Part shown: positions 37,401-50,529 of the stretch, one piece after another
How the letters are laid out: every line of letters begins with the position of its first letter
How positions within the stretch are numbered: the first letter of the stretch is position 1
DNA from: Tubiluchus corallicola
Lineage: Eukaryota; Animalia; Priapulida
Reading direction: 5' to 3'
Length of the DNA: 64,000 bases
NCBI GenBank assembly: GCA_030141605.1
Contig: JAQGDQ010000947.1
Coordinates: 1-64,000 of the forward strand
Notes under the pieces: model-generated
Databases searched by the model: none
What the model was told of the DNA's origin: nothing
The model's input: the letters and a program-made list of their open reading frames with translations, nothing else
Made by a program: the position numbers and the translations under genes

Positions 37401-40400
37401 TATATTACAAATTCATGCACTATTGCACAAAACATGTTATGTATTACAAATTCATGCACTATTGCACAAATGTTGAACATAATTAATGAGAACTAATATC
37501 ATGAAGGAAATTATCAGAATATATGGAGAATTAATTTTGTTCCTTTTTAGGGGAGAATTAATTAAATTTTTTTGTCTGCCTTCTGCCGCAAGTAGAGTTT
37601 TAGGCAAATGGGGTGGGGGCAGAAAAACTAGTGATTACTTATTCTGGAGTTTTAAGATTTTGTTATATTTTATAAACAAGTTATATTTTATAAACAAACA
37701 ATGCCGACACTATTAAAGCATCATAACAATGATATGATTACTCATTCTGGAGTTTAAGATTTTGTTATATTTTATAAACAAGCAATGCTGGCACTATTAA
37801 AGCATCATAATGCTATTTTTATAATAATTTATTTTACGTAAAGTAAAATTTAATACAACCATGAAATGGATTGTAAATTAGAATTAACTTAATATTACTA
37901 AGTTTTTCAAAAACATTTCCGCAAGACTTTATGATTTTAATCTATATGTACATTAAATTCAGTCGGGTATCATCATCCATCAGCAGTAAATGTCTGCATT
38001 TACTTTTTATTAAAAAATACCTTTACACATAAACAATAGAATAAAAATGTCAAATAAGTTCAAATATTAGTGCTGTAAAAATTCGAAAACGTTTTACTAA
38101 ATAACTAATGAAGAGAGTTCTTCGTTACATTGGAATTTTGCTTGGCTTTGCATCTACTGAAATACCTGTTTGTGTACATTTGTCGATAGGCACGTATTTC
38201 CCGAGTTTCTACCAAATCCTGATACAAACAGGAGGAACAAACTTTGTGAGAAGATGGAACGTCGAGATATGATGAGACGGAGGGCAAATATTGAAGTTCC
38301 AGAGTTTTACGTTGGTATATAACCAAGCTGCATAAGATTATGGATATCCATAAAATAAGACCAAAAATCCATAAAATAAAATTTGAAAAATCCATAAAAT
38401 AAGAAATGCATAAAATAAAAAAATATTTTTTTTTGTGATTTTTTTGTACAAAATAAGGCAATCAAAACTTAATACAGGCATTGGATCGGAAATGTAGAGA
38501 GCATTCTACATTCGTACCAAATAGGCGAATTATTTGAACTGAAGTGATGAATTACAAGGCATTGTCTTGTAAAATTTGATTAAATTTGAAGTGATATGAA
38601 ACCGATAAAATTAAAACGAAACCGATAAAATTAGAACTAAGTCCTGCGTGTTTAAAAACACGTTTCAAGCCTCCTGATTTTACTTTTTAATTGATTTCCC
38701 CCTGGGCATCTTGTTCCAGATATAGTCTATTTCTTATTTTATTGATATCCATAAAATAAAATTTCAAAAATCCATAAAATAAGCTATTTTATTTATTTTA
38801 TACATATCCATAATCTTATGCACCCTGTATATAATTCTCTCGTTCATTTTTCTTTTTTAATTTATTACAGTCACTTGCAAAAGTTTAAGACCAAGCTCGA
38901 GTTTTCGGGATTTTCATCATACTGTACCCTGATTGCATCAGATTCTTTGTTGATTGCCTCATACTGCTAGGGGTTTGAAACAGTACGTCTAGTGAGTATG
39001 ATTGACTCATTTGCCTGCCGCTATCCATACAGATCGGCCGTTTTTGTATTTTTCTTGTGATCCAAAAAATGGGCAAAAAATCGTCATTGAGTGAGACTCA
39101 GAGGGTTCAAATCGTGACTTTACATCAAGAGGGATATACTGAAAGGGCAATAAGAATAAATGAATAGTTTTTAGATGGAACCGTGTTAAACAATGGTTTT
39201 GTCAATTTTCATGAAACAAATCACTTTGGTCTTAAACTTTTGTAAATGACTGTACTTCAACGATAGAAAAGTATTTTTATCGATAGCCTGAAGTACATAA
39301 TCTTCCCGTCTTTATCTTACCTAACTATAGTATTTCGCACATCGAAAATTTTGTTAGTTCTAAATTGTGTGTGTTGAACTTTATCCTGAAGTGTGGAAAA
39401 ATTGAACTTTTGTGACTTGTATGTATGTGTAACAAACTTATCCTATTCAAAATTAAGTTTTTTGTTTCTTTTCTGGAAGATTTCTAGGCGTGATAGGGAT
39501 TATGTGCTAAACTCCTTCAGAACGGCACCATTCAAAATGGGTCTTGCAAGACCTATGATTTTCTGCTACTGTTTGAGCACAGACATAACTAAACAACAAA
39601 TTGTACTGAGAACTAAATGATCACAACAAATTATGTACTGTTCTATTTCAGAGAATCTCGGCTATCCAATCTTGCTGCTTGTTATAAATCATGCTATTCA
39701 TAAGTGATGTTTTGATTGGATAAAGTTAAGAAAAACACACCTTTCTCAGCTTTGTCTTGTGTGCACTTGCGTGATCGTACAAACTATTTGGTAATCGCCT
39801 GTTTGCTGCAGCCCAAGAGAACCCTCTGCTCTAGAAAGTTTCAGGAAAAGCTAACCAATCAGCCAAGGAGAAGTTAAGGTCCTTAAACGGGAATTAATCC
39901 TTAAAAATAGAGTAGACTTGAGGCCAAAGTGTATCAGAGTGTTGTGTCTAGAGAATTGAAATTGTCTGCATTAGTTGATTTCACACAAGTGATACTGTAC
40001 ATTGTTGCAGTGCAAACACTACAGCTACTGAAAGCTTTTTTTAATTTATTCATTAAAAGTCGATTGTTTAAGGTAAGCAAATGCATTTCATTGATAATTT
40101 TGCATGAAAATCCATTGTGTGAGGAGTAGATAACCTACAAAAATTATCAAATATAATGTAATTACTGCTTAGTGAAACCAGTTTTTTATGAAGCCATGCA
40201 AAACGCAGCGAACACTTGCAGTCCTGAAGGAGTTAATTATATATATGTTGTTTTTTTGAATGGAAACACTAGAAAAACTGATCAGTGTTTGAAAAGGAAC
40301 AAGGATACAGTTATTTCCTAATTAGTTCCTTGAAGGCTGTGATGGACAAGATTCTGTTTTTGAATTTTCCTAGAGGTATTCCAAGCTTCAGCAACCTCTA

Positions 40401-43400
40401 TTCCTTGCGTTTCCGACCGCTTTTGATTTTTTGTTTTGAAATTTCAAAGGTTCAATCTTGGCGGTAACTGTATCCGATCCCCATGCACCTGGTTGCGAAA
40501 GCCGATTCGTCGGCATCTGCATTCAGCGAAGTGGTCAAGGCTTACGGGCGGATTTTACTTTAAGAAATGTCATCGATGATCAAGGTACGTCTTCTGTGTT
40601 AAAGAGAAAGAGGTAGCAAAATCCATTACCTAAAACAACTCTGTTACTTTTTTTCAAATTTTAGTAATGTATTGCACACTGTCGTACGATCTGTAATTCT
40701 ATATGTTATCGATTTATCGTCTGCAATGCGTTTGTATTCCTAATGTTGAAGACGTTTAGATTCACTTACAGCAGGGGTTCTCAACCGGGGGGAATGAGCC
40801 ACCTCCAGGGGTGGGGGGAACGAATGGGTGGAAAAATAAAAAATAAATATGTAGAAAAGCAGAGAAAAAAAGTACAGAAAGCCTTCATAGCCAACTCAAC
40901 ACACCCTCCTGCTCAAAGCACGTAATCGATTAGATGTTAGCAATGATTTGAGAGTGGCACTCTCAATCACAACCCCCCCCCCCCCCGACATCAAGAAAAT
41001 CATGTCCTCTGAACAGGAGCAAGAGTCACATTGAATAAAAAAATGTGGAAATAAAAAAAATTGAATTAAAAAAATGCATTTTTCATTTTGTTTTTGGGCT
41101 ATGGGGGAACGAGAATCAGCAGCCTTCAAAAGGGGGGAACGGGTCAAAAAAGGTTGGGAACCACTGACTTACAGTAAACTCCACATAACTCACATCCAAC
41201 CGAACCAAAAACGCTTTGAGTAAGGCGATGTTGACCGTTTTCCAGCATAGAAACTCTAAACCCCTCCTCGAGATGGCGAGTTAAATAGAAGGCAGAAAGT
41301 CAACCATTCTATACATAAATGATTAGATGTCAGGACAATTACCTGAAGAAACAAACCGTGTTTCAGACGGAGACAATGATAAGTGTTAGACAGAGACGGT
41401 GAATTCGAAGAGACTGTGACAATGGAGTGACTGTTTTCACGTCACCGACTGAGACTTTCCAGAAAAAATAATCGTGGGCCGCAACTCGTAAGACATCAGA
41501 ATTTTTCCGGAAGACGACACTGTTTTTGAGTTGTACGAAACTTTTTATTTTTCTAGAGTATAAATTGCATTTTTGAGTTAGGCGAAGTAAATTACATGTA
41601 TTTTGATTAAATGGACCATAATTTTTTTATTTGAGTTAGGCGAAATTTTTAGTTACGTGATTTTGAGTTATGTGGATTTTACTGTACTAAAAATGGACCC
41701 AGTTTGTAGTTTTTAGCACATTCTAACAGAAAACTAGAACAAATTGTCATTTAGATAAAAGTCTTGGAAAACATGCATTTCTATTCACTCAGTTTTTAAG
41801 CCTGCATTCATGCGATATGTAATATTTCAACATGCGTGTTTGTACTTCTAACCCTCAAACGCCATACTGGACTTGTGACACCACAAATTCTTTTTCAAAG
41901 TAATAAATTCAATTGTCTTTATGCTTTTAGCAGGGATGAGAATTTTCCGCGGATACGCGGAATTCCGAGTTTTTGGAAGACCAGTAGTGCCATTTTTGTA
42001 AATCGCATAAATTCGTTGAGAAAACTTTTCTGGACCCAGTACATTATTTCGCAAGCTGACCGCTAGTTGGCAGGCCGTCACTTTGTTTACATCACGTACA
42101 TCAGTGTAACCACGTGTAGATCTCTATGTATAAAAATATAGAATCAATTGTGCGGAATTATTTGAGTCAATTGCAGACAGTTTTTATATACTTTTGCATA
42201 GGAGCGGCCAGTACTGAGGCGTTTTTGGGACAATTAGGTATCATGTATCCTTGATAGTTGGGTATTTTAAATTATGCATGAAACAAGGTAATTGATATTT
42301 TAAGTCCACTTATGGCTCTCTTTGGTCACAAAATTGAATTTGTTGGGGGCTTCATGGGGGCTTTGCCCCATTGGGGGCCTAGGTGGCCCCAAAACCCTCA
42401 GCCTGTTTCAAGAGTTTTTTGCAATTTCTCATTCTCATCCATGTTTTAGGTGTGGAAATAAGGTACGATTTATATAACCCAACATTACAGAAGATAGAAG
42501 TACTGAAATTAGAAAAAAGGCTCGATGATGAACTTTTTTACCTGAGGGACGCTCCGCTCAAGTATAGTACATTTGATTTTGACATGAAACCTGAACTCCA
42601 CGCAACCAGTGCTAGTGTTCCAGTTAACCCGTTAAAGGTACGTGCATTGTATTGTATCACTCCGATTCTGAAGTAGTTGATTCTTGCATAAATGAGCTGT
42701 AGGTGTTCTGTTTTGTATGTAATTTAAAGCAAAACCGGATCCAATCTTAAAATGTAGGTCAAAACAATCTACACTAAAATATTGAAAGGGAAAATACTGT
42801 TTTTTGAAGAATGACTTACATGAAAGACTCATTACCTCACAAACACAATTTCGCATTCGTGCCACTAGTTCTCCTTTGTTACATGCATTTCGCCATCGCT
42901 AAGTAGACGGGCACTAGTGCCTGCATTTGGAAACGTGTTGCACAAAAAATACGAGTTGTACCTCTCAGTTCAATGTGGTAGTTTGTAACAAACTGTTTTA
43001 GTACAACACACTGAATATCTTACAGTAGCACTGTACTTCAATTTTCGCTTTCGCAAACACGTGCAATACGCTCGAGGAATATTTTTGTTGTTGAAAATTA
43101 TGCTAGTTTGTGATGTCATCAATAGCAGGCTCGTCCGCCATTAATTAAGTCTTAAATCTATTATTTAATTAACAGAAATACTTTTGTAGTATTAATTGCG
43201 TTAAAATGTATACTTTTTATCAAATTTGAAAATGAGAAATCATCTTGTCTTCATTTAAATGCTGTTTGCAGGTGCCATTGCGAGAGAGACCTTGGCTTGA
43301 CCGATGGGAGAGGAAAGAACTGAAAGGTGTGCAAGACCTAGGGTTGCCAGACAGATTTTACGAGCGGGCAGCAGAATTAGCCCAACCTTGGGAAAAGTAC

Positions 43401-43685
43401 GTTATTGCGGTAATCATTGTGATAAAAGGAGGGATATTGTTTATGGCTTAATTAATTGGCTCAGTTATCTGCGTACTGTATATGTATGTATCTGTTTGTG
43501 TATGTAAGAAATGTGAAAATTGAATGGTCTGCCATTTCTATTATAGATATGACCTTATGAAGCAGTACAGAAAAACGATTCCTCTGGAAGAACAGGAAGA
43601 AATTTTCCAAGAAGTTCACAAGGAGCAAGTGCAAATTGACAAGCAGCGACAGGAGCGGAAACGACGGCAAAAGCACAAATCTTAG
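31413..43685 (+). CDS. MRPL19: Mitochondrial ribosomal protein L19 (bL19m), complete 7-exon gene, 286 aa
   Basis: Exons 31413-31452 ([13 protein letters not shown]), 36985-37093, 38190-38314 ([28 protein letters not shown]), 40450-40584 ([40 protein letters not shown]), 42450-42637 ([34 protein letters not shown]), 43272-43396, 43547-43685 (TAG). All introns GT-AG, phases compatible, 861 nt in total. Exons 1-2 are less certain than exons 3-7. Confidence 0.92.
31735..32860 (-). mobile_element. Tigger/pogo transposase remnant (mirror copy retaining the start [13 protein letters not shown])
   Basis: Reverse complement of 7423..8430, plus ~115 bp around 32570-32685 that is absent from the left arm. 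Confidence 0.8.
32882..33787 (-). CDS. Intronless class A (rhodopsin-like) orphan GPCR, 301 aa, nested antisense in MRPL19 intron 1
   Basis: Motifs GN (TM1), [10 protein letters not shown] (TM2), AVERY (TM3), KATKTL..FWLP (TM6), NSAINPVIY (TM7), plus N-terminal N-glycosylation sequons. The first in-frame ATG (MSEPELL) is at 33787; the ORF-track start 33811 is GTG. Confidence 0.92.
   Translation of the reverse strand: MSEPELLGNNSNFTNSFGEADIVPSYKASIVEVIISSIISVITVVGNTLVLVAIANTKLLHTRKNAIIVSLAAADLMVGAFALPFLIARDFSRRIRVFQKLSPFVGLSTTTVSVYHILLIAVERYITIVHPLRCNVYVNTKMVSLSIAGIWITGTTTGYVRATLLTPHLTPFLFALFEMLMIPVILVTITLTAVVWKAAWRQAQRVDDQSQQPSQGAMRQLKELKATKTLGAVVLAAIVFWLPSIIVPIINAKCKCITRDKFAPGIWLVYANSAINPVIYAAFSTSHRTAMTKILKCKITT
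37141..37472. repeat. 39-bp minisatellite (mirror copy) in MRPL19 intron 2
   Basis: Reverse complement of 2062..2392. Confidence 0.95.
39512..40232. mobile_element. piggyBac-like non-autonomous element next to the outer arm boundary
   Basis: TAAA|CTCCTTCAGAAC ... GTCCTGAAGGAG|TTAA: short TIRs with a TTAA-like target site. Confidence 0.55.
40772..41166. mobile_element. hAT (Charlie-like) MITE
   Basis: CAGGGGTTCTCAACC ... GGTTGGGAACCACTG with a perfect 8-bp TSD, ACTTACAG. Confidence 0.85.
41172..41684. mobile_element. Tigger-type MITE
   Basis: TA|CAGTAAACTCCACATAACTCA ... TGAGTTATGTGGATTTTACTG|TA; homologous to 46835..47476. Confidence 0.85.
42728..43254. mobile_element. TTAA-flanked dispersed element, possibly Kolobok-like; copies at ~44212..44520 (inverted, partial) and ~59808..60400
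   Basis: TTAA|AGCAAAACCGGA.CCAAT.TTAAA.. start shared with 59804; the three copies align by eye. Confidence 0.65.
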
Positions 43686-43807
43686 CAGCACGACAAACAG
43701 AAATTTAGGAGAGCCGACAGAGACAATGAAGCAAGAACGATCTTGGTTTCATTACTGCTGGAGTTAAATCGGTCTTCGCCACTAGACTGCTGACCGAAGG
43801 AATGTTG

Positions 43808-43813
43808 AATAAA
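43808..43813 (+). terminator. Putative polyadenylation signal of MRPL19
   Basis: AATAAA ~120 nt after the stop codon, followed by a GT-rich tract. Confidence 0.55.
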
Positions 43814-46800
43814 TTTCTAGAATTAATTTACTCTGTGGCCGTCTGTCTGTTCTTTAGTATTTGTGTGCACAGCTATTGTAAAACAGATATTGCAGTTAAA
43901 GCGGTACTAACAAACCCTTGTCACGTTTGTATTGTACTAAGCACAGAACGTCGTCATTAGTAATTTAAATTGGCAATGAACAGATTAAGATATAAATTTT
44001 TTCTAGTAAATAAAGTTAAATGATTTTGTCAACTTAAGTAGAATCTTTTTGTGGTTTCATGTTGAAAGAATTCTCAACAGTTCAAATAGTCATTACAGTT
44101 ATATGTAACAAATCTATTTAGGTTTTACACTATATTTTTTAAGGTGCAGACCTCTTATGGCAAAAGTAGCCTGAAATTTATAGACACTACAGCTGGCCAC
44201 TAGTACTTTAAGGAAGACAGGATGATTTTTCATAAACTACCCCATTTTCAAATTCGATAAAAAGTATACATTTTAACACAATTAATACTGCAAAAGCTTT
44301 TCTGATAATTAAATAATAAATTAAACACTTAATTAACGGTGGGGAAGTATTGATGACATCACAAACGCACAATTTTCAACATCAAAAGTATTCCACGAGC
44401 GTGTGGCACGTGTTTGTGAAAGCGAAAATTGAAGTACAGTGCTACTGTAAGATATTCATTGCGTTGTACTAAAACTAGGCAAGTTTTAAGATAAAAATCG
44501 AAATTTCAAATTTACAGCTGTGCTCACATGAGCTGCTGGTTTGCAGATAAATTTACAGACATTTGCAATGTGATTCTGGTATCCAACTCACTTGCTTTAA
44601 TTATCCTGCTCAATTAATTTCATTTATTAGGATTCATTGTAGCCATTATAGACACTCTCATGTCACTGATGTCCCAGTTAATGTCTCTCATCTTTACTAT
44701 GTAGGTCTACAGTTAGCAGTGCTAATGCACTAACTAGCAGGCAGCACTTGTGTAGTTCGAAAACCGATGAAAGACAATAATTGGTAGCTAATCCAGTAAA
44801 ATAGCACAATAAATCACGCATTTAGTGAATTTTAAACAGAAGTTGCCAAGTAAAATAGTAATAATGTAATTTCACTACTATTCATGAGTGAAATAGCTAC
44901 AGTGTCACCCCAATAATCACATACATCCATTGAATGACGGATGGACTAGTTGACCTTCTTGGTCTTTCGCCATCCTATTTCCATTGTGATAATTAAACAC
45001 ATTTACTTGCCTCAGTTATATCATGAATATGGAAATAAATGCATGTTTTGAATTGAATTGAACTTGAATCGGAAGCATCACTTCCACTCGTAAGAAAGCA
45101 AAAATGTCAACTAAGTTTTATTCATTTAGTTTTATTTTCATTGTACAGATTTTAACGAATAACACGCAGCCTCATCAATAAAAATTTATTTACAAAATCG
45201 TAACATCAGTAAAAATGGCAGACGACCAATTTTACAATATAAGAGCATTATTTGCATATATTTATCAATCACTAGACGAAAAACTGCCTCATTACACATC
45301 AAATCCTAGTAGTTTAAATTTAATAGCAATAATTTTAACTTAGAATAGAGACATAAAGACGTGAGAAAATAGCAAACTTATTACAGCATCTTATGTGATT
45401 AGAACAAAGTAGCTAAGACATAGATTTCACATGCTAGAATACAACACTGCCTACAGAAAACATTTGTTAAACAAATGATTAGATCCAATTTCCCCGAGTT
45501 CCAAAATATGTAACAATCACCAGCCATTCATACTGATAAATAGCAGTACAAATAAAGCAGGAAGACCAAGCAAAAAAGTTCATTAAACTAATTAAGCTAA
45601 TACTGGCTCTTTAACGAAGGAGATAAACTTGCCAAGCATATTACAAAAGAAATCAAAAGAAGCAAAAATTGTAAAACGTGAAGGGAAAGAAAAATCGTGA
45701 TACGGAACAGGTAATTGATCTGACGCCCATTTCACGCGTGACTCGCTCATGCGTACGAGCTAAAAAGTGAGATATGATAGTGAATATTAAAGAATAAATT
45801 TTCATAACAATGCAGAAAAATGCAGAGCGATGGAGCCACACAGCATGGGAACGCTTCTTTCCTTTTCTCACTTTACTAATTGTATTACATGTACGTCTTC
45901 GTGAGAAATTTTTATCGAATAAAATACGATTATTAGCAAAAGAGTATCAATAAGAGTTACACTGGCAAAGCAAGCAAATGAATAGAAAAAATGATTATTA
46001 GTAAAAATACAATGAATAGTTGGTAAACGGCATGATTAAATCAAGAAACCCACTTGCTAAACTAGAAGTCCCTTTAATAAATAGCCGCAAATAGAGCCTT
46101 AGTCAATTTCACAATCTCAGAACTTATTCAAAATGCAGCTTGAATCATGGTCAATGAAAATGCTGTTACAAGCAAATAACAAAGAACAAAACAATTTCTC
46201 TATATTTCCTTGATATTAATTAGAATTAATTTCACTAGTTGCACAAAGAAACTAAAAAAAAGCAAATATAACAGGCAAAACAAAAACAGGTGATTAAAAG
46301 TAAGCTGGCAATGAAGTACAGCGTATTGCAACAACAAGTACCAATTTTTCATTACAATTTCTACAAATGACATAATTTAAATACAAAATAATATTTCAGC
46401 GAACTACCCTGTATTCTTTGCAAATTCATGACAAGCTTCACAATCAAGCTCTCCTTACATGCAAGAGGCGTAAGCATTTATAAATTAATGACTCTTAAAA
46501 GTGATTTTGTGATTTCATTTAAACTCTCGTCAAGCCAAGGTTTTCATTAGGTTAAAAACTGAACCAGTCAGCTCTCGATTAAATTAATTACATATTTACA
46601 AAGAGAAATCACAATACTGAAAGTTGACTATCAATACACTGCACAGTTACTTAAGCTCAACTTCTCAATTATAAAAAACTTGGGATAAATATGGGAAGTA
46701 TTTTTATTCCTTATTTCTGCCACTTTTATCCAACTACCATTTACAAATGATATGCTTCTATGAAATTTTTGATAATTATTTATACCTTGTATTATATCAG

Positions 46801-46834
46801 TTAGACCTTCAACTATTTTCAAGTTATTAATGTG

Positions 46835-47476
46835 CAGTAAACTCCGCATAACTCAAAACCAACCGGACCAAAAAAACTTCGAGTTAGGCGATGTTGACAA
46901 GTTTCCAGCATAGGAACTCTAAACACCTCCTCCAGATCGAGAGCTAAATAGAAGGCAGAAAGTCAACCCTTCTATACGGAAACGATGAGATTTGATGACA
47001 AATACATAAACAATAACAACTAACATAGTGAAACGCGACTTTTTATGCTACACATGTACATGGGCATGTACACAACACAACACATGTACAAGGGCATGTA
47101 CACAACACTGTTAAACAATATAACAGTGGGGCTACCAATGTCTTACGTACTGCAGTAGAACTTGTTCGTATGGAGAAAAATAATTGCAAGACGACAGAAT
47201 TTTCCCGGAAGATGATCCAGTTTTTGCGTTGTACGAAACTGTTTTATTTTTCTAGAGTATAAATTGCATCTCTGAGTTAGGCGAAGTAACTTACATGTAT
47301 TTTGATTGAATGGATCATAATTTTTTATTTGAGTTTGGCAAAATTTTGGGTTATATATTTTGAGTTGAGCGATGTTTTATTGTGGGAAAAACGAAGGATT
47401 TCATCCGTTCCGCTGAAATTCTTTGAGTTAGGTCTAAATGTGAGTTATGCGATATTGAGTCACGCGGAGTTTACTG
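46835..47476. mobile_element. Tigger-type MITE, same family as 41172..41684
   Basis: CAGTAAACTCCGCATAACTCA ... TGAGTCACGCGGAGTTTACTG|TA. Confidence 0.85.
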
Positions 47477-47928
47477 TATCAAAAATATTCCTCATTAGTT
47501 GTCCAAAAAATTCATTGCTTGACTGATTTATTCATCAAATTTTGCTAAATTATTATTTTTAGTACATGCACATACTTACAATTGAAAAACTCTTAGGAAA
47601 ATGGTAGAAGTAAAGCAATGAAAATCATATACATACAAAAACGGATACGGCATTTCACAACGTGACGTCTTCGGTGAAAAGTCGGTGACACATGAACAAG
47701 ATACAATGTTAGCAGTTGGTTTTATTTTCTGCTTAAAACTTTGAGCATAATTTTTTTAGTTCTGAGCGAATCGTATAATTCCTTAACTTAATTCAATAAA
47801 ACAAGCCAGCAGCCTCAAAACCTTTTAAGCTGCCTGGACTTACATTGATAGTAAAACAAAACCAAAATACCTGCGTCCTTAGAAGAATCACTACAGTTAA
47901 TGCATAATCTGCAAAGTGCTACATTTTA

Positions 47929-48118
47929 GTACACTGTTTTAAGGGCAAATACCAAGGCTAACACTACCAGAATCTTTTACACTGTTTTAATGGCAAATAC
48001 CAAAGCTGACACTATCAGAGTCTTTTACACTGTTTTAATGGCAAATACCAAAAGCTAACACTATCAGAGACTCTTACACGGTTTTAACAGCAAATACCAA
48101 AGCTAACTCTATCAGAGT
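47929..48118. repeat. 48-bp tandem repeat, 4 copies
   Basis: ACACTGTTTTAATGGCAAATACCAAAGCTAACACTATCAGAG-type unit recurs at 47931, 47979, 48027 and ~48076. Confidence 0.9.
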
Positions 48119-49361
48119 CAAAAACTAGATGTGCCCAAATCACACTGCACCTTTTAAACCTATAATGTGTCACTCACTTTTGAATACATTCAGCCAAGCC
48201 ATTTCATTATTATTCATTTTAAATGATTTGGTTACATTGCATGATTTGACTATAATAAGATAAGCATTAAAAGTCTGGGATTAAAGAAAGATAATCAACA
48301 AAAAACTCAGTCTATTTGGTACAACAAGCATTACTCGTACTAATCGCAAATGATCACATTAAAAAACAGTTTCTAAGGTCTAATTACAGCACATTTCCAA
48401 ATTTGAAACTTTACGAAATTTCATTCTAAACTCGGGGCATTTGGAAGAGCTTATTCTGGTACAATTCTTAATTCACACTCCAACAATCTCTGTTGCAAAG
48501 AAGCTAGAAGACGCTACATTTTATCATGATTTTTAAGTGTCGCACTTATACAGTTATGACTGTACATGCATGTGTGCGTGGTGAAAGCATTTCAAAAACT
48601 GACAGCTCAAATGCATCAACTTCAAATGCTACATTAGAATGCATCTGTCAAATTCATACTGGTTGCTTCGGAAGAAACAAATAGTTTCAGACCGCGAGTC
48701 CTAAACACAAGGTCACTACCCTAGCCGACACAGGTGGCAGAAAACCGGAAACGTGTCTTGTTTTGCAATGGACAGGCTGCAATACTTATTTTTGCAAAGA
48801 GCACTTCGACTGCTTGTCTTGCAAAACTTTGGTTTTTTACCATCTTCAACGCACATGTGTGTCAAATATGGCCGTCTGTTGACATCATTTGTGTTTTTTT
48901 CTGCCATCTGAGTCGTATTAAACACCACATAGTTAACTAAAACTAAAATCATTCGGATAAATCCTTTCAGAAACCATGTAGCAATTTGACGCGATAAACA
49001 TCTCCATAAATATTGATGCTCAGCAATCCGCAAGCACGGCAATCTTGAACAGAGGCAACAAAAACAAAAAACATGGCTGCATGCACCGGAGTCAATAGAA
49101 CCAAGAATCCACTTGCATGCAAAATTAGAAGCGACCTGCAGTGCAAAAATAAAACTCAGATAAAAATGTGCAACAAAAGCAAACTAACATACTCAAAATC
49201 ATCAACCTGTAAATAAACTAAATAGTAAAACAGAACTAAAATGCTGTTCTGCACAAACTGAGAATAATACACACTTGTTACAATGTTGCATTACGCAAGC
49301 AAAGAACACCAATAAACAAATGAACCCTGACTGCAGTTACACTTTGCTGAATAAGAGCACA

Positions 49362-49850
49362 ATATTACCTCATTTTTGTGTAAACTAAGATTTCCTATAT
49401 TACCTCATTTTTGTGTAAACGAAATTTTCCTATATCACCTCATTTTTGTGTAAACGAAATTTTCCTATATTACCTCATTTTTGTGTAAACGAAATTTTCC
49501 TATATCACCTCATTTTTGTGTAAACGAAATTTTCCTATATTACCTTATTTTGCATAAACGAAATTTTCCTATATTACCTCATTTTTTTGTAAAAGAAATT
49601 TTCCTATATTACCTCATTTTTGTATAAACGAAATTTTCCTATATTACCTCATTTTTGTGTAAACGAAATTTTCCTATATCACCTCATTTTTGTATAAACG
49701 AAATTTTCCTGTATCACCTCATTTTTTAGTAAACGAAATTTTTCCTATATTACCTCATTTTTGTGTAAACGAAATTTTCCTATATTACCTCATTTTTGCG
49801 TAAACGAAATTTTCCTATATCACCTCATTTTTGCGTAAACGAAATTCTCC
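49362..49850. repeat. 35-bp minisatellite, ~14 copies
   Basis: Unit TTTCCTATATTACCTCATTTTTGTGTAAACGAAAT. Confidence 0.95.
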
Positions 49851-50529
49851 CATCTTCAATCTGATACAAGGTATGGGAAGAATAAGGCTTTGACCTTAAA
49901 GAAGAGCCCGAAGACAAAGGTATGAGGTATCACGTATATTAATTCATACCGTAGAAACCCTCACAGGAGATCTGTAAGCTAAAAACTAACTTGCACGAAT
50001 CAGAGCTCTACTTTTCAAGAAAGTTTCTGAGAGAAGTGTTAACAGATTCATGCCTTCTCTGATTAAAATTGATTAAACTGATAGAAAATTGATTAAAAAA
50101 AGTCGACCGGGGATATGCAAAGTTAAATTTTCAAATGACCATTGTCTGATACTGATGATATAAAACAGAGTTCAAAAGCAGCCAGCAACAAGAAAATACA
50201 ACTAAAAAAGTGCAAGTACGTAACAAATTCTGTGGAAAAAAATAATTGAAAAAAGAAAAATGTATTCACTGCAATTTTATGCATATATCACAAGAAAAAA
50301 GTGTAGGTAGCTAGTTGCTTAGCTTGCATATTTGTTACACTAGTTACAATAGTTAAAATGGAAATTGTTGTAACAAAGGCTTATAAAGCTGCCTTATTAA
50401 GATCATCTGCAGTCTTTGCCATAAGCGGTTAGTATTTCGCTATCTTACAATGCATTTTGATCATTGCAGCGAAAACAGTGTCACATACTGTACTGCACTC
50501 TTAAGAAAAATATAAGCATCTACGTGACT

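Larger units (their letters stand above)
21279..39501. repeat. Right arm of inverted duplication
   Basis: Reverse complement of 33..19100, with scattered substitutions and several private indels. Confidence 0.97.

Noticed and set aside
33-39501. Simple fold-back sequencing chimera or a giant TIR transposon
   Set aside because: The arms differ by a TE insertion, large indels and synonymous-biased SNPs, which one folded molecule cannot produce, and they consist of host genes with no transposase in the spacer. A haplotype misjoin is NOT excluded.
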